A stretch of DNA of 64,000 nt, taken from the IMG/VR virus record IMGVR_UViG_3300032893_000026; one strand, written 5' to 3'. Under the pieces are notes generated by a model, which worked only from the letters and a program-made list of their open reading frames with translations, did not search any database and had not been told where the DNA came from. Below, in pieces: positions 44,617 through 53,322 of this stretch (within the stretch, counting starts at the first letter, position 1; the number at the start of each line of letters is the position of its first letter). Position numbers and translations under genes: made by a program. This DNA is from a virus.

Positions 44617-46386
44617 TTATGCCCCGGACTCCATACCCTGGGATAACTGTTTGGAGAGCGGAGGCGGAGGTTGCGGGACGGTACTGCGCCGCTGATAGAG
44701 GCGGCGGAACCAGCCCGGGAATTCATTGCGACAGGAGTTCCACACCCACTGCATGTTGTTGTCGAGAACGAACGTCTCGCCCTGGTCGAACTCGCTTCGC
44801 ATGATGCGACCACAGGACTGCACCAGTCGCATGATCATGAGGTGGTCCCGGTACTTGGGGTCACCGCCCTTCTTTTTCAGACACCGGGCTTCCATGATCC
44901 TGGACCCCTTGACTGCGGGGAAGGGGAGCTTGGGAATGATTTGATACTCGGCCACCCGTCCGGGGAAGTCCCAACCGGTATCCACGCTGGGAGAGACGAA
45001 CAGGGCGGGCGGCAGAGCGTGCTTGAAATTTCGGACCTCTTCGGTGGTGGAGTCGGAGTTGCGCTCATGCGAGAGACACCACTGGGAGAAACTGGTATCC
45101 TTCATGATCTTGTCTCTCAGCTTGTAACTCACCGAGTGGATGATGCCCTTGCGGTCGGTCCTGGGATAGACGATCTCTCCCATGCGCTTATAGAGATCGT
45201 CGTAGTCCTCCCAGGTCGAGTCGTAGTTCAGTCCGACTGTCGGAATGAAATACACCGGACAGCGGCGGATCGGGAAGATGAAAGGGTATTCGCGGAAGAT
45301 GTAGTCCTGCGGATCGAGTCCGAGCAGGTGCATGGTGTAGCGCGTGATGGTGGCCGAGGTGAGATACACGCGCGGGATTCCGCAGAACAGCTTGTCGCGG
45401 TACTCTCCCGGCCATAGCGGCTCGATCAGGTACCCGGCATCCCTGTCCTCCCTCTCGGCCCTCCGCCTCTCGCTGGCCCACGGTCCATGAGCGCCCGCCA
45501 GGGTGGTTAGCTTGTGGGTGAGCGCCTTCCAGCCCCTCGACTTGCGCAACAGATCGGAGTCGGGCACGCCCCCTCTCAACGCGATGGCTTGGCCTACCAC
45601 CTCCAACTCCTGCATGGCACGCGGCAGCATGGCCTGCGACCAATACCTCCAGGTGTTGATGGAGGCATCGTCCGCGTCATCCGGCCACCTCGTGTGCAGC
45701 ATGTTGTAGCACTCGTGTCCCGATATCCCCACGCTCATCAGGGAGGTGATCTCCGCCGGGGCCTCGTGTGCCTCGTCGATCACCAGTAAGTCAAACTCCC
45801 CGAGCCCCTCTCCATACATGTTCGCCAACATGAAGTAGGCCGGGTTGGTGACTACCAGCTTGGCCGCCAGCATCTTGTCCCTGGCCTTGCGGTAGGGGCA
45901 CGTACAGCCCATGAACTCATGCCGCTGGCCGTAGGCGCATTTGGCGTGCCCGCCGTCCTCGCACGTCAATCCCTCCGCCATGTGGCAGGCATAGTTGGCT
46001 CGTCCCCGGATATCGACCAATCCGATGCCGCCGAAGTCATCGAGCAACTGGTCCTGCAATCCCTTGGTGGAGGTGAGTACGCAGACGCGGTATCCGAGCA
46101 GAAGGGCAAGGGCCACGTAAGTGACCGACTTACCCGTGCCGACCGGGCTGCAATTCACCACCACTCCCCTTTGCTGTAAGTCATCGATGGCGTTAGTGAT
46201 GGCAGACCACTGGTTGGGACGCCACACCTGGAATTTCGGAGGCAGGCCCAACTCCTCGGGAGTGAACTCCACCTGCGACTCGGACAAATCGCTCTGCAAT
46301 TCGTCCTGCGAATCCGCGTCGAAGTTGAAGGCGGCCTGCTGTTCCTGATCCTCTTCCGGCTCTCTCTGCTCTTCCTGCTCGTCCAT
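44617..46386 (-). CDS. dinG: DinG/XPD-family SF2 helicase with Fe-S Cys cluster
   Basis: WRPNQ Q-motif, PVGTGKS, TKGLQDQL, RGRANYAC..C..C..CPY, IDEAH, SAT, QSCGRIMRS. Confidence 0.9.
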   Translation of the reverse strand: MDEQEEQREPEEDQEQQAAFNFDADSQDELQSDLSESQVEFTPEELGLPPKFQVWRPNQWSAITNAIDDLQQRGVVVNCSPVGTGKSVTYVALALLLGYRVCVLTSTKGLQDQLLDDFGGIGLVDIRGRANYACHMAEGLTCEDGGHAKCAYGQRHEFMGCTCPYRKARDKMLAAKLVVTNPAYFMLANMYGEGLGEFDLLVIDEAHEAPAEITSLMSVGISGHECYNMLHTRWPDDADDASINTWRYWSQAMLPRAMQELEVVGQAIALRGGVPDSDLLRKSRGWKALTHKLTTLAGAHGPWASERRRAEREDRDAGYLIEPLWPGEYRDKLFCGIPRVYLTSATITRYTMHLLGLDPQDYIFREYPFIFPIRRCPVYFIPTVGLNYDSTWEDYDDLYKRMGEIVYPRTDRKGIIHSVSYKLRDKIMKDTSFSQWCLSHERNSDSTTEEVRNFKHALPPALFVSPSVDTGWDFPGRVAEYQIIPKLPFPAVKGSRIMEARCLKKKGGDPKYRDHLMIMRLVQSCGRIMRSEFDQGETFVLDNNMQWVWNSCRNEFPGWFRRLYQRRSTVPQPPPPLSKQLSQGMESGA

Positions 46387-46420
46387 CTTTCCGCTCCGCT
46401 TCTGTTCTGTTCCCGCTTCT

Positions 46421-46437
46421 GCTTTAGAGTCTAAATT
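46421..46437. promoter_or_regulatory. Palindromic site copy (1 mismatch)
   Basis: GCTTTAGAGTCTAAATT; forms the stop of 46431-47048 and lies 35 bp upstream of the helicase start. Confidence 0.65.
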
Positions 46438-47048
46438 TCGCTCTGGTCCTCTTGCTGCTCCGTGGTGGCGGCTTCCTCCGCGCGGGCCTTCATCCGCCCA
46501 TAGAGTTGCTCATACTTGCGGCTGAACGTCTCCAGCCACTGCCGTTTCCATCGGCTGTCGGGCAGGTTGATCATCTTGCTCCTGGCGGCCTGCAACATCT
46601 TGATGGCCTCCGTCTCGTCGTTGGTGGCTACCAGGACGTCGACCATATGATCCAGTTGCTTGAATGTGTCCTGCATCAACGTGCGCGTCTGGGTGTCGGC
46701 GACTACTTCGAGGATGGCGTGCATGGCCGTGTTGTAGTGCCGGGGGATGTCGGGCTCCAGACGATGCAGCCAGTTGGAGTGGCGGTAGAGCGCATGGCGC
46801 ACGATGTCCGTCGTGGTGCGGTACGGGAACTTGCGCGACTGAACCAGGATTTCCAACTCCCGCTCGATGGCGGGAGGGATGCGCACGGTGAGACGTGCGC
46901 TGGCCCCGCGATCATCCTGGCCCGGCGCCAGAAATTCCTGGAGGTCGTACTTCCAGTCCTGCGCGTCGAACGTGATCGGCGGCCTTCCCCGGCGGGGCTT
47001 GTCGCCCGCCCCATTACTAGGCAAATCTTTCTCTTTGCTCTGCGCCAC
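46431..47048 (-). CDS. Ribbon-helix-helix-like regulator
   Basis: RLTVRIPPAIERELEILV..KFPYRTTTDIVRHAL RHH pattern. Confidence 0.6.
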   Translation of the reverse strand: MAQSKEKDLPSNGAGDKPRRGRPPITFDAQDWKYDLQEFLAPGQDDRGASARLTVRIPPAIERELEILVQSRKFPYRTTTDIVRHALYRHSNWLHRLEPDIPRHYNTAMHAILEVVADTQTRTLMQDTFKQLDHMVDVLVATNDETEAIKMLQAARSKMINLPDSRWKRQWLETFSRKYEQLYGRMKARAEEAATTEQQEDQSEI

Positions 47049-47191
47049 CGTGGGTGTCCAGTCCTAAGTGCGCTGAATGCCCCGGCCAACAATCCGTAGT
47101 CCGGGCCGTGGCCCATCCTGCCGACCGCTCCGGGGCACTCACCAATTTACCCCCGCTCGTCCTGCTGAGGTAGTCTAAATCACGTTGTAAA

Positions 47192-47923
47192 TCAGGCCCG
47201 GGTAACATCCTTGGATGGTACTGGTACTTCAATACCTACTTTGGTGCCCCAGGCCGGAGCCCCGGGAGACGAGTCCATCTCCCTTACCAGCCGCTTGGTG
47301 TCGTATACCGTGGTGCGGGAGCAGTTGAAGAGCTTCATCAGGCCTTTGACGTCATAGAGCTTCATGGCCTCGCGGAACCGGTTGAGGTCATCGATGGCGC
47401 GGGGCTTGGGCTTCCAGGTCCCGGCGGCCTTCGAGCGGGCAAGCCCGGCCTTGACCCGCGCCGAGATCCTCTCCCGCTCCTGTTTGGCGATGACAGCCAG
47501 GATCGCGACTATCGCATCCTTGAATACGCCGCAGGTGTCGAGATACTGCTCCGTGTATGAACAGTAGGAGACGCCGTGCGTGGAGAGTTGGTTGAGGTAG
47601 TTGAGGGTCTGGAGGGCGCCTTCGCGGGTGAGCCGGTCGAGGGCCCAGAACACGAGCACGTCGAACTTGCCCTCCTTGGCGTCCTGCATCATGCGGCGGA
47701 ACATGGGACGGTCCGATTTGGCGCCGGATCCGTACTCGGCGTATTCGCGGGTATGGATCCAGTCCTTGTGCATGTCCATCAGGGTCTGGAGTTGGGCCCG
47801 CTGATTTTCCACGTCCTGGCGGGATTCGAGGGACCTTTCTCCGGTCACCCGGCTTCTCACGTTGCGCTCCGGGTCCGAGCACCGCAGGTAGGTGACCACG
47901 CGCAGGGCTTCGAGGGATGCCAT
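47192..47923 (-). CDS. Small serine recombinase (resolvase/invertase)
   Basis: YLRCS catalytic Ser, Q..QL, GSG...DRP, LDRLTR, ERERIS.R.KAGL; short C-terminal HTH, no large recombinase domain. Confidence 0.92.
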   Translation of the reverse strand: MASLEALRVVTYLRCSDPERNVRSRVTGERSLESRQDVENQRAQLQTLMDMHKDWIHTREYAEYGSGAKSDRPMFRRMMQDAKEGKFDVLVFWALDRLTREGALQTLNYLNQLSTHGVSYCSYTEQYLDTCGVFKDAIVAILAVIAKQERERISARVKAGLARSKAAGTWKPKPRAIDDLNRFREAMKLYDVKGLMKLFNCSRTTVYDTKRLVREMDSSPGAPAWGTKVGIEVPVPSKDVTRA

Positions 47924-47924
47924 A

Positions 47925-48857
47925 CTACCGCCCTATCCCCGGATCCGTCCTCTGGCCCATGCCCCGGATCTGGGAGCACCACTCCTCATCCAACCAGTTG
48001 TCGGCGAAGTATGCGGGGTTCATGCCGTCGGACACCCACCTCTCGGCCTCCTCGATCTGTTCCGGCCAGTAGACGTGGTACGGCGTGCAGGAAACGCTGG
48101 CCCAAAGCGTCACGTTGGTCACGATTGCCCTGGTGCAGAAGTACCTGTCCTCCCCCATGGGCGGCAGGTTGCCGAGCGGGCTGTAGTTCACGTACCCCTC
48201 TTCGAGCACCCGGCGCGGAATCAGCGAACACGCCCCCAGGCCTCCGACATGGTATCTGCCGGGCGTGACCAGTTGCAGGATGTGATCGCTCGACGCGAAG
48301 GCGTATGGATGCTGTTCCCACACGTTGGGCAGGTAGGGAGTGAGCCCTCCCCGGCCATCCGGCCAGCGGCTCCAGAAGACCTCACAGACCACGTCCTTTT
48401 GGTAAGGAGCGATTCCGTGCAGCGACGTGCCGTCTATGCCAATGCTCCCCCCAGCGAGGCACTCAAGCAAATCGTTCCTCATCCACACGTCCGCGTCGAC
48501 GGAGAACAGAAATGAGCAGTCGGATTCGAGGAACCTCTGGATGGCCGCGTTGCGGATCCTCGACAGCCTCTCGGTCTTGTTCCAATCCCACACATGGAAC
48601 TCCGACCGGTAACTGGAGGGATCAACCACCGGGCATCTGAGCAGGTGGAAGGGCCGCCCCTCCCCCGCCGCCTGTACTTCAGTCTCGGCTATCAGGTCCC
48701 GGCACTGTTGGTCCTCCTCGTCGTTGTAGTAGAGAAACTCGTCCACGCCCCTCAGTTGAGAATGCAGCCGCAGGCTCATCCCCAAGATGAGCGGGTTGCC
48801 GGTGCGCAGGGGCGAGAAGAGCATCGTTTTGTGATTGCCGTACTCGTTCTGTACCAT
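47925..48857 (-). CDS. GT-A glycosyltransferase
   Basis: RIRNAAI..FL, FSVDAD DxD motif, VGGLGACSLI, GEDRYFC.RA. Confidence 0.8.
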   Translation of the reverse strand: MVQNEYGNHKTMLFSPLRTGNPLILGMSLRLHSQLRGVDEFLYYNDEEDQQCRDLIAETEVQAAGEGRPFHLLRCPVVDPSSYRSEFHVWDWNKTERLSRIRNAAIQRFLESDCSFLFSVDADVWMRNDLLECLAGGSIGIDGTSLHGIAPYQKDVVCEVFWSRWPDGRGGLTPYLPNVWEQHPYAFASSDHILQLVTPGRYHVGGLGACSLIPRRVLEEGYVNYSPLGNLPPMGEDRYFCTRAIVTNVTLWASVSCTPYHVYWPEQIEEAERWVSDGMNPAYFADNWLDEEWCSQIRGMGQRTDPGIGR

Positions 48858-48894
48858 ATGGCCTCGCTTGTCCCTCCCGTTGATCTCAGGTCAC

Positions 48895-48943
48895 AAAAAA
48901 ACGGGGTGCAGACCGCCTCCCGGAGGAAACGGCACTGCACCCC
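48895..48943 (-). terminator. Rho-independent terminator
   Basis: GGGGTGCAG/CTGCACCCC stem followed on the minus strand by G-T7. Confidence 0.8.
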
Positions 48944-48998
48944 ATCCCGGCCCAGCCCCCTGTCGTTGGATCGCAGGGGGCGGAGCCCGTGCCAGGGA

Positions 48999-49523
48999 CT
49001 AGCTCGTAGCGGACGGCGTCTTGGGCTGCACCTGATTCAGCACGTTCGCAATGGAGGTGGTGGCCGTCGCCAGCACCTGCATCAACTGCTCGATGGCGGA
49101 GGTGACGGACGCGGGGATGGTGGAGGCCACCCCGGCGGAGGCCACGTCGGTGGCGCGGTTGGCGGGGACGGCGCCAGCGGTGAGATTCATGCCGGTCCCG
49201 GCGCTCACCGGGTTCCAGTACGAATCGTGGGCGAGGTTGTTGTGCTCCAGGTAGCTCTTCGCCGCCAGATTCGCGTTCTCCACGGCGTTTTGCAAAGCCT
49301 GCACCATGATGCCGTGGACCGGGCTGGTGCCCAACTGGCCCTGGATCAGAGCCATGGTGTCCAGCGTCTGGTGCAGGTCATAGGTGCGCTTGAGATTGGA
49401 GAAATTCAAACGCTGATTCTCCGCGTGCGCCCCCATGCCCTGCCCGGTGGTGGCGTTGAAGAACTCGTCCTGCGTGTCTGCCGTCTGATCGGCCTGCGTG
49501 GCTGCTACTTTTTCGGGGTCCAT
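48999..49523 (-). CDS. Ala/Thr/Gln-rich helical protein
   Basis: AAAGGA RBS and own terminator; no family assigned. Confidence 0.6.
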   Translation of the reverse strand: MDPEKVAATQADQTADTQDEFFNATTGQGMGAHAENQRLNFSNLKRTYDLHQTLDTMALIQGQLGTSPVHGIMVQALQNAVENANLAAKSYLEHNNLAHDSYWNPVSAGTGMNLTAGAVPANRATDVASAGVASTIPASVTSAIEQLMQVLATATTSIANVLNQVQPKTPSATS

Positions 49524-49603
49524 GTTCGCTTTCGTTCCTTTCGTTTCGTCTGTATTGCTATTGGTGCCAACTGCTAACCACGATTATTGTATCCCCCGGC
49601 ACG

Positions 49604-50083
49604 TCACTCCCCCGTGTAGCTCAAACGAGTGCTACCGGGGCGTGGAGGATCGTCCGGTCCTGTTGCCTGTGATTCCGGCTGCGATTCCGCCTCGTCTTCA
49701 AACTCGGCATCGATCTCGATACCGAGGTCGACGCCGAAGCCATCAGGGAACGGGATGCCATGATTCCCGGCGTACATCACAAAATCCCGCGCCGCCTCTC
49801 CGGTGAGTGTCCGCTTGCCATATTTGAAGGATATGGTGTACCCATCGTTGTCTTTCCGAATGGAAGTGCGCTCCGCACCCTCGAACAGCTTCCAGAGATT
49901 GACGATCTCGATCTCCGTGGGCGAGGCCGTTATAACCGAAAATCCGGAGCGTACCGGACCGGCAAACTTCAACTCCATGACCGGAGTTTGCGGAGGCGGC
50001 GGAGGCTCCAGTATTTCGTTTATCAGTGCGGACCACGCTTCGATCAGTTTGGCCCGCGTTTCCGGTTTCAAGTTCATGAACAT
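49604..50083 (-). CDS. Hypothetical protein
   Basis: GGAGG RBS; shares SQPESQATG with the upstream gene. Confidence 0.5.
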   Translation of the reverse strand: MFMNLKPETRAKLIEAWSALINEILEPPPPPQTPVMELKFAGPVRSGFSVITASPTEIEIVNLWKLFEGAERTSIRKDNDGYTISFKYGKRTLTGEAARDFVMYAGNHGIPFPDGFGVDLGIEIDAEFEDEAESQPESQATGPDDPPRPGSTRLSYTGE

Positions 50084-50153
50084 TCGTCGAATTCCTCCCT
50101 TTGGTCAACGTCTTTTGTATCCACACCTGTTGCTTGTGATTCCGGCTGCGATT
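49659..50153. repeat. 28-bp direct repeat (1 mismatch)
   Basis: CCTGTTGC(C/T)TGTGATTCCGGCTGCGATT at 49659-49686 and 50126-50153. Confidence 0.85.
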
Positions 50154-51249
50154 TAGAGTCTGAATTCTCATTCAGCTTTTCGAGGATCAGGCGGCAGTAA
50201 TCCATGATCTGGGAGAGGTATCTGAGGCCTATCGGGGCCTCCTCCATACGGGCTATCAACTGCGCAGTGCCATGCATCAGGAGCACGTAGAGCAGTTCCA
50301 ACTCGGAGGGGACGGGGAAGGGAAAGTCGGGCAAGCCCATCGGGGCGTGGGAAACCTCCGGGGGATCCGGCTCCGGCGCACTTGCTGGCTCTGGCCACAA
50401 CCCGACAGGCTGGCCGTGCTCCTGGGAGTAAGGCTGGCGCGGATTGAACTCCTCCTCGTCGAAAAGGCCGGAGGGGGTGTTGTAGCCAAGGAAGCCCACC
50501 ACCAGATTCTGGAGCAAGGCGTCCGGGTCGAGGTCCACCTCGGTGCCATTCATCGTGGCGCACCGGAGCGCATACTTCCCGGCGGCGCGGAGGGCTTCGG
50601 ACCACCACTGGCGCCCGGGGTGGTTGGTGCCCTGGAGGAGCGGGATCGGCGGGACGTTTTGGCCGGGCTGGGTAAGCCAATGACTCTTCGGCAGGGGGAA
50701 GGAGGCGGTAATGAAGCCCGAGTCATCCGGCAGGACCACCGGTCCGTCGACCACCTCGCCGCCGAGGTCGTGGATCAGATTCCTGACAGCCTCCTCCACC
50801 GGCAGAGCGTGGACGGCGGAAATGCCTTCAGACTGCCGCCGCCCGGAACTGTCCGTGCTCTCCCCGCCCGCGCTCTTCTCGTCTGTGCTCTTCTCGTCCG
50901 TGCGTTCCCCCTGCATGCGCTCCTCACGCATATGCTCCCCGTCTTCGCGCATGGTGATGCCGGGCTGCTTCATGAGATGGTTGTAACCGACAAAGAAGTC
51001 GCTGAACCCGGCTATGACTCCTATGAGCGCCTGTATCTGCTCCTGGGTGCAGCGGTCCTCCTCGCACAGGGACAGGTACTTGTGGAGCAGGGGCAGGGCC
51101 AGCCGGTCCCTGGCGCGGAGCAGGAAAAGCGGCTCCCAGTCGGGGATGGCAACCCCGGTTGCTGTCTTGACAATTTCCGGCCGTTCCTCTCCGTCGAGGC
51201 GTTCGCGGACCTCGATGTGGTACTTGGCGTCGATCCTGCGTCTGAGCAT
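50074..51249 (-). CDS. Multi-module hypothetical protein (391 aa)
   Basis: EPLFLLRARD module and ATMNG..DLDPDALLQNL module joined by low-complexity linkers. Confidence 0.55.
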   Translation of the reverse strand: MLRRRIDAKYHIEVRERLDGEERPEIVKTATGVAIPDWEPLFLLRARDRLALPLLHKYLSLCEEDRCTQEQIQALIGVIAGFSDFFVGYNHLMKQPGITMREDGEHMREERMQGERTDEKSTDEKSAGGESTDSSGRRQSEGISAVHALPVEEAVRNLIHDLGGEVVDGPVVLPDDSGFITASFPLPKSHWLTQPGQNVPPIPLLQGTNHPGRQWWSEALRAAGKYALRCATMNGTEVDLDPDALLQNLVVGFLGYNTPSGLFDEEEFNPRQPYSQEHGQPVGLWPEPASAPEPDPPEVSHAPMGLPDFPFPVPSELELLYVLLMHGTAQLIARMEEAPIGLRYLSQIMDYCRLILEKLNENSDSKSQPESQATGVDTKDVDQREEFDECS

Positions 51250-51491
51250 CCATCCTCGCTTTCCGGCCCGTCATCCCCGTCCGACTAACAGGTGTCATTC
51301 GGAGGGGATCCCGGACCAGAAAAGCGTACCACCAGTGCCGTTGGATTGGAGGGCCTTAGCGGGCCTCCAGGCGGGCCATGTGATCCGGACGGGGCGATTC
51401 CATGGCCGGAGACCTCCCGGCCCCGTGGAGGCCCGGGAAACGCCGGGAATCGAGCCTACAAGCGATTGAGGGGGCGGTAAGGACGGGGGAA

Positions 51492-51529
51492 TGGTCTTAG
51501 GGGCTGGTCTTAGGGGCTGGTCTTAGGGG
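51492..51529. repeat. 13-bp-period tandem repeat TGGTCTTAGGGG(C) x3
   Basis: Read directly, inside the 51250-51831 noncoding gap. Confidence 0.9.
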
Positions 51530-51717
51530 TAGGGGTAAGGATCGAGTCGGAGGCCCCCTGGGTCAGGAGAGGGCCTCCATACTCTGTGCCCTGGCAACTC
51601 CATTGTCGGGCACCTGCCCCAGGCCCAAGGAAGGAAGCCTGGGGTTTCGCGAGTAGAACCATGGTAGATCCCAGGCTGTCGGGGAGATGTCGAATCGGGC
51701 AAGCCTGAATTGATTGA

Positions 51718-51758
51718 GTGTGGCCGGGCACCGCCTCAAAAGGGGCACCCGGCCACAC
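51718..51758. terminator. Hairpin at the end of the virion operon
   Basis: 11-bp perfect stem GTGTGGCCGGG/CCCGGCCACAC; no clear U-tract. Confidence 0.45.
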
Positions 51759-51831
51759 CGGACAAGCAGCCCAGAAAGGAATCTTTGTGGTGCTGCGGAC
51801 TGGACACACTGATGATAACCAGTTGACGGCG

Positions 51832-52497
51832 TTAGGTCAACGCATAGATGAGGAGCAGGACTCCACCGGCCAGAGCGAGTATCTCGGGTGTGCCGATAGT
51901 ACCCTCGCCGCCGTCATCGTCGGAATTATCTGTGCCTTGTGCCACACTACTGGCTGGTAGTGTGTCACCGGAAGTATCACCTCCGGCGCCTCCGGATCCA
52001 CTTCCAGCACTACCCCCGGTACTTTGGTCCCCTGTGCTTTGTCCGGTACTGTCTGTATTGCCTGATACCAGATCGCTCAGCGGGGTGTTGGGATCGATGC
52101 CCAATTGGCTGGCTACGAAGGCCGCGTACTGGTTGGGGTTGTTGGAGTCGGCCTGGGGCGCATAGCCGGGGTAGACGCCCGGCTTGCCCGCGAAGAACTC
52201 TTCGAGCGTGAGGCCCTTATTGATGTTGAGTTGGATCTGATTGTCGAGCGCCGCCCACCCCGTAGCCAGATCGGGAAAGACGGCGTACCCGCCGCTCGTC
52301 CCCGTCTGCCCCACGCCCGCTCTCAGATTCCCGGGGTTGTTGTTGCGGACGGCGATGGACGATGCCCCGGAAGTGAAGCCCTCGAATTGGGCTATCGACT
52401 GGGCCATGTCCGTCACCAGGGTCGAGTACCCCAGGCCCAAGCCCCCGAGTCCGGGCCTGCCCCACCTGTATCGGGATGGAATCCTTCCGGTCAACAT
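51832..52497 (-). CDS. Lysozyme-like virion protein (RNNNPGN family) with C-terminal TM
   Basis: IAQFEG, RNNNPGNLR, YAVFPD..TG..A, YAP..DSNNP..Y; GLGGLG leader; S/T/G linker; TM. Confidence 0.75.
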   Translation of the reverse strand: MLTGRIPSRYRWGRPGLGGLGLGYSTLVTDMAQSIAQFEGFTSGASSIAVRNNNPGNLRAGVGQTGTSGGYAVFPDLATGWAALDNQIQLNINKGLTLEEFFAGKPGVYPGYAPQADSNNPNQYAAFVASQLGIDPNTPLSDLVSGNTDSTGQSTGDQSTGGSAGSGSGGAGGDTSGDTLPASSVAQGTDNSDDDGGEGTIGTPEILALAGGVLLLIYALT

Positions 52498-52501
52498 AGG
52501 A

Positions 52502-52720
52502 TTAGGTGGCCCACGGGTTGAACCTGACCATTCTGTCGAGAGCGTCTCTCCTCTGCTTGCACCCGCCGCAGGGCTCTATCCCGAGGGCCCTGGTGAATCT
52601 CTCGATTGCGCTCCCCGCCCCTATCGCGCTATGCAGGCCCGGCACCGGAATGGCAAACCTGGGATCCTGCCCCTGGCTCTGGGCTTGTTGGGCTTGCCCG
52701 GAATTCAAGTCGATTTGCAT
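52502..52720 (-). CDS. Small CGGC-motif protein
   Basis: T.ALGIEPCGGCKQRR..L pattern; start lies within a palindrome variant (52712-52728). Confidence 0.55.
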   Translation of the reverse strand: MQIDLNSGQAQQAQSQGQDPRFAIPVPGLHSAIGAGSAIERFTRALGIEPCGGCKQRRDALDRMVRFNPWAT

Positions 52721-52753
52721 TCTAAATCCTCCCTCTCCCGCCTCAGTCTTATT

Positions 52754-53251
52754 CTACCTGCCGAGTACCTTGAGCAGGATGGCGATGACCCAACCGATGA
52801 TAGCCACAAAGGTCATGCCGGTCTTCCAACTCCACCGGAAGCCCGTCTCGGCGGCGGCCTTCTCGGCCTTCAGCACGTTGACCTCTTCCTGAATCTCCTT
52901 CACCTCCCGCGCGATGTTGGCGGCGGTAGTTTCCGCCATGACAATCTTGGCCGCCATGTTGGAAAGGGAATCGAGTTGACTCTGCGCCGCCACCCGCGCG
53001 TCTCCCCGCATGTCTTCGAGGATCTTCCGCATCTGCCGCCGGTCCTCCCTGCTTTCTTCCTTGAAACCGGAGAAATCGAGGGCCTCGAAGCGGGCTTCCA
53101 GCTTGGTGATCCGCGCGTCGTTCTCGCGCACGGTGCCCATGCCGTCGATCACCGTGCTCACCTGTGCCTCCAGCCGGGCCAGAGCTTTGTGTAGCTCCTT
53201 CTCGAAGGTCACACAGTAGGGGCTGAATGGGGGGTTGTCAGACTCCGACAT
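52754..53251 (-). CDS. Coiled-coil protein with C-terminal TM (holin-like)
   Basis: Long heptad region, then MTFVAIIGWVIAILLKVL. Confidence 0.5.
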   Translation of the reverse strand: MSESDNPPFSPYCVTFEKELHKALARLEAQVSTVIDGMGTVRENDARITKLEARFEALDFSGFKEESREDRRQMRKILEDMRGDARVAAQSQLDSLSNMAAKIVMAETTAANIAREVKEIQEEVNVLKAEKAAAETGFRWSWKTGMTFVAIIGWVIAILLKVLGR

Positions 53252-53322
53252 GCGGCGCTCTCCACTCTCCTCAGAGCGGGGTGATCGAACCATCTTCACC
53301 ACGGCTCCCATACATCTTCTCC

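Noticed and set aside
42553-46386. Cas4-like nuclease plus DinG as a type IV CRISPR-Cas locus
   Set aside because: No repeat-spacer array and no Cas5/6/7-like genes; both families are common in phage recombination modules.
47150-47195. dif-like XerCD site
   Set aside because: Only TAAATC resembles the XerD arm; there is no XerC arm or 6-bp spacer. Better read as a half copy of the 17-bp palindrome.
48999-49523. RebB/R-body-like protein
   Set aside because: Only a short ALQNAV resemblance, and a single copy without a reb cluster.
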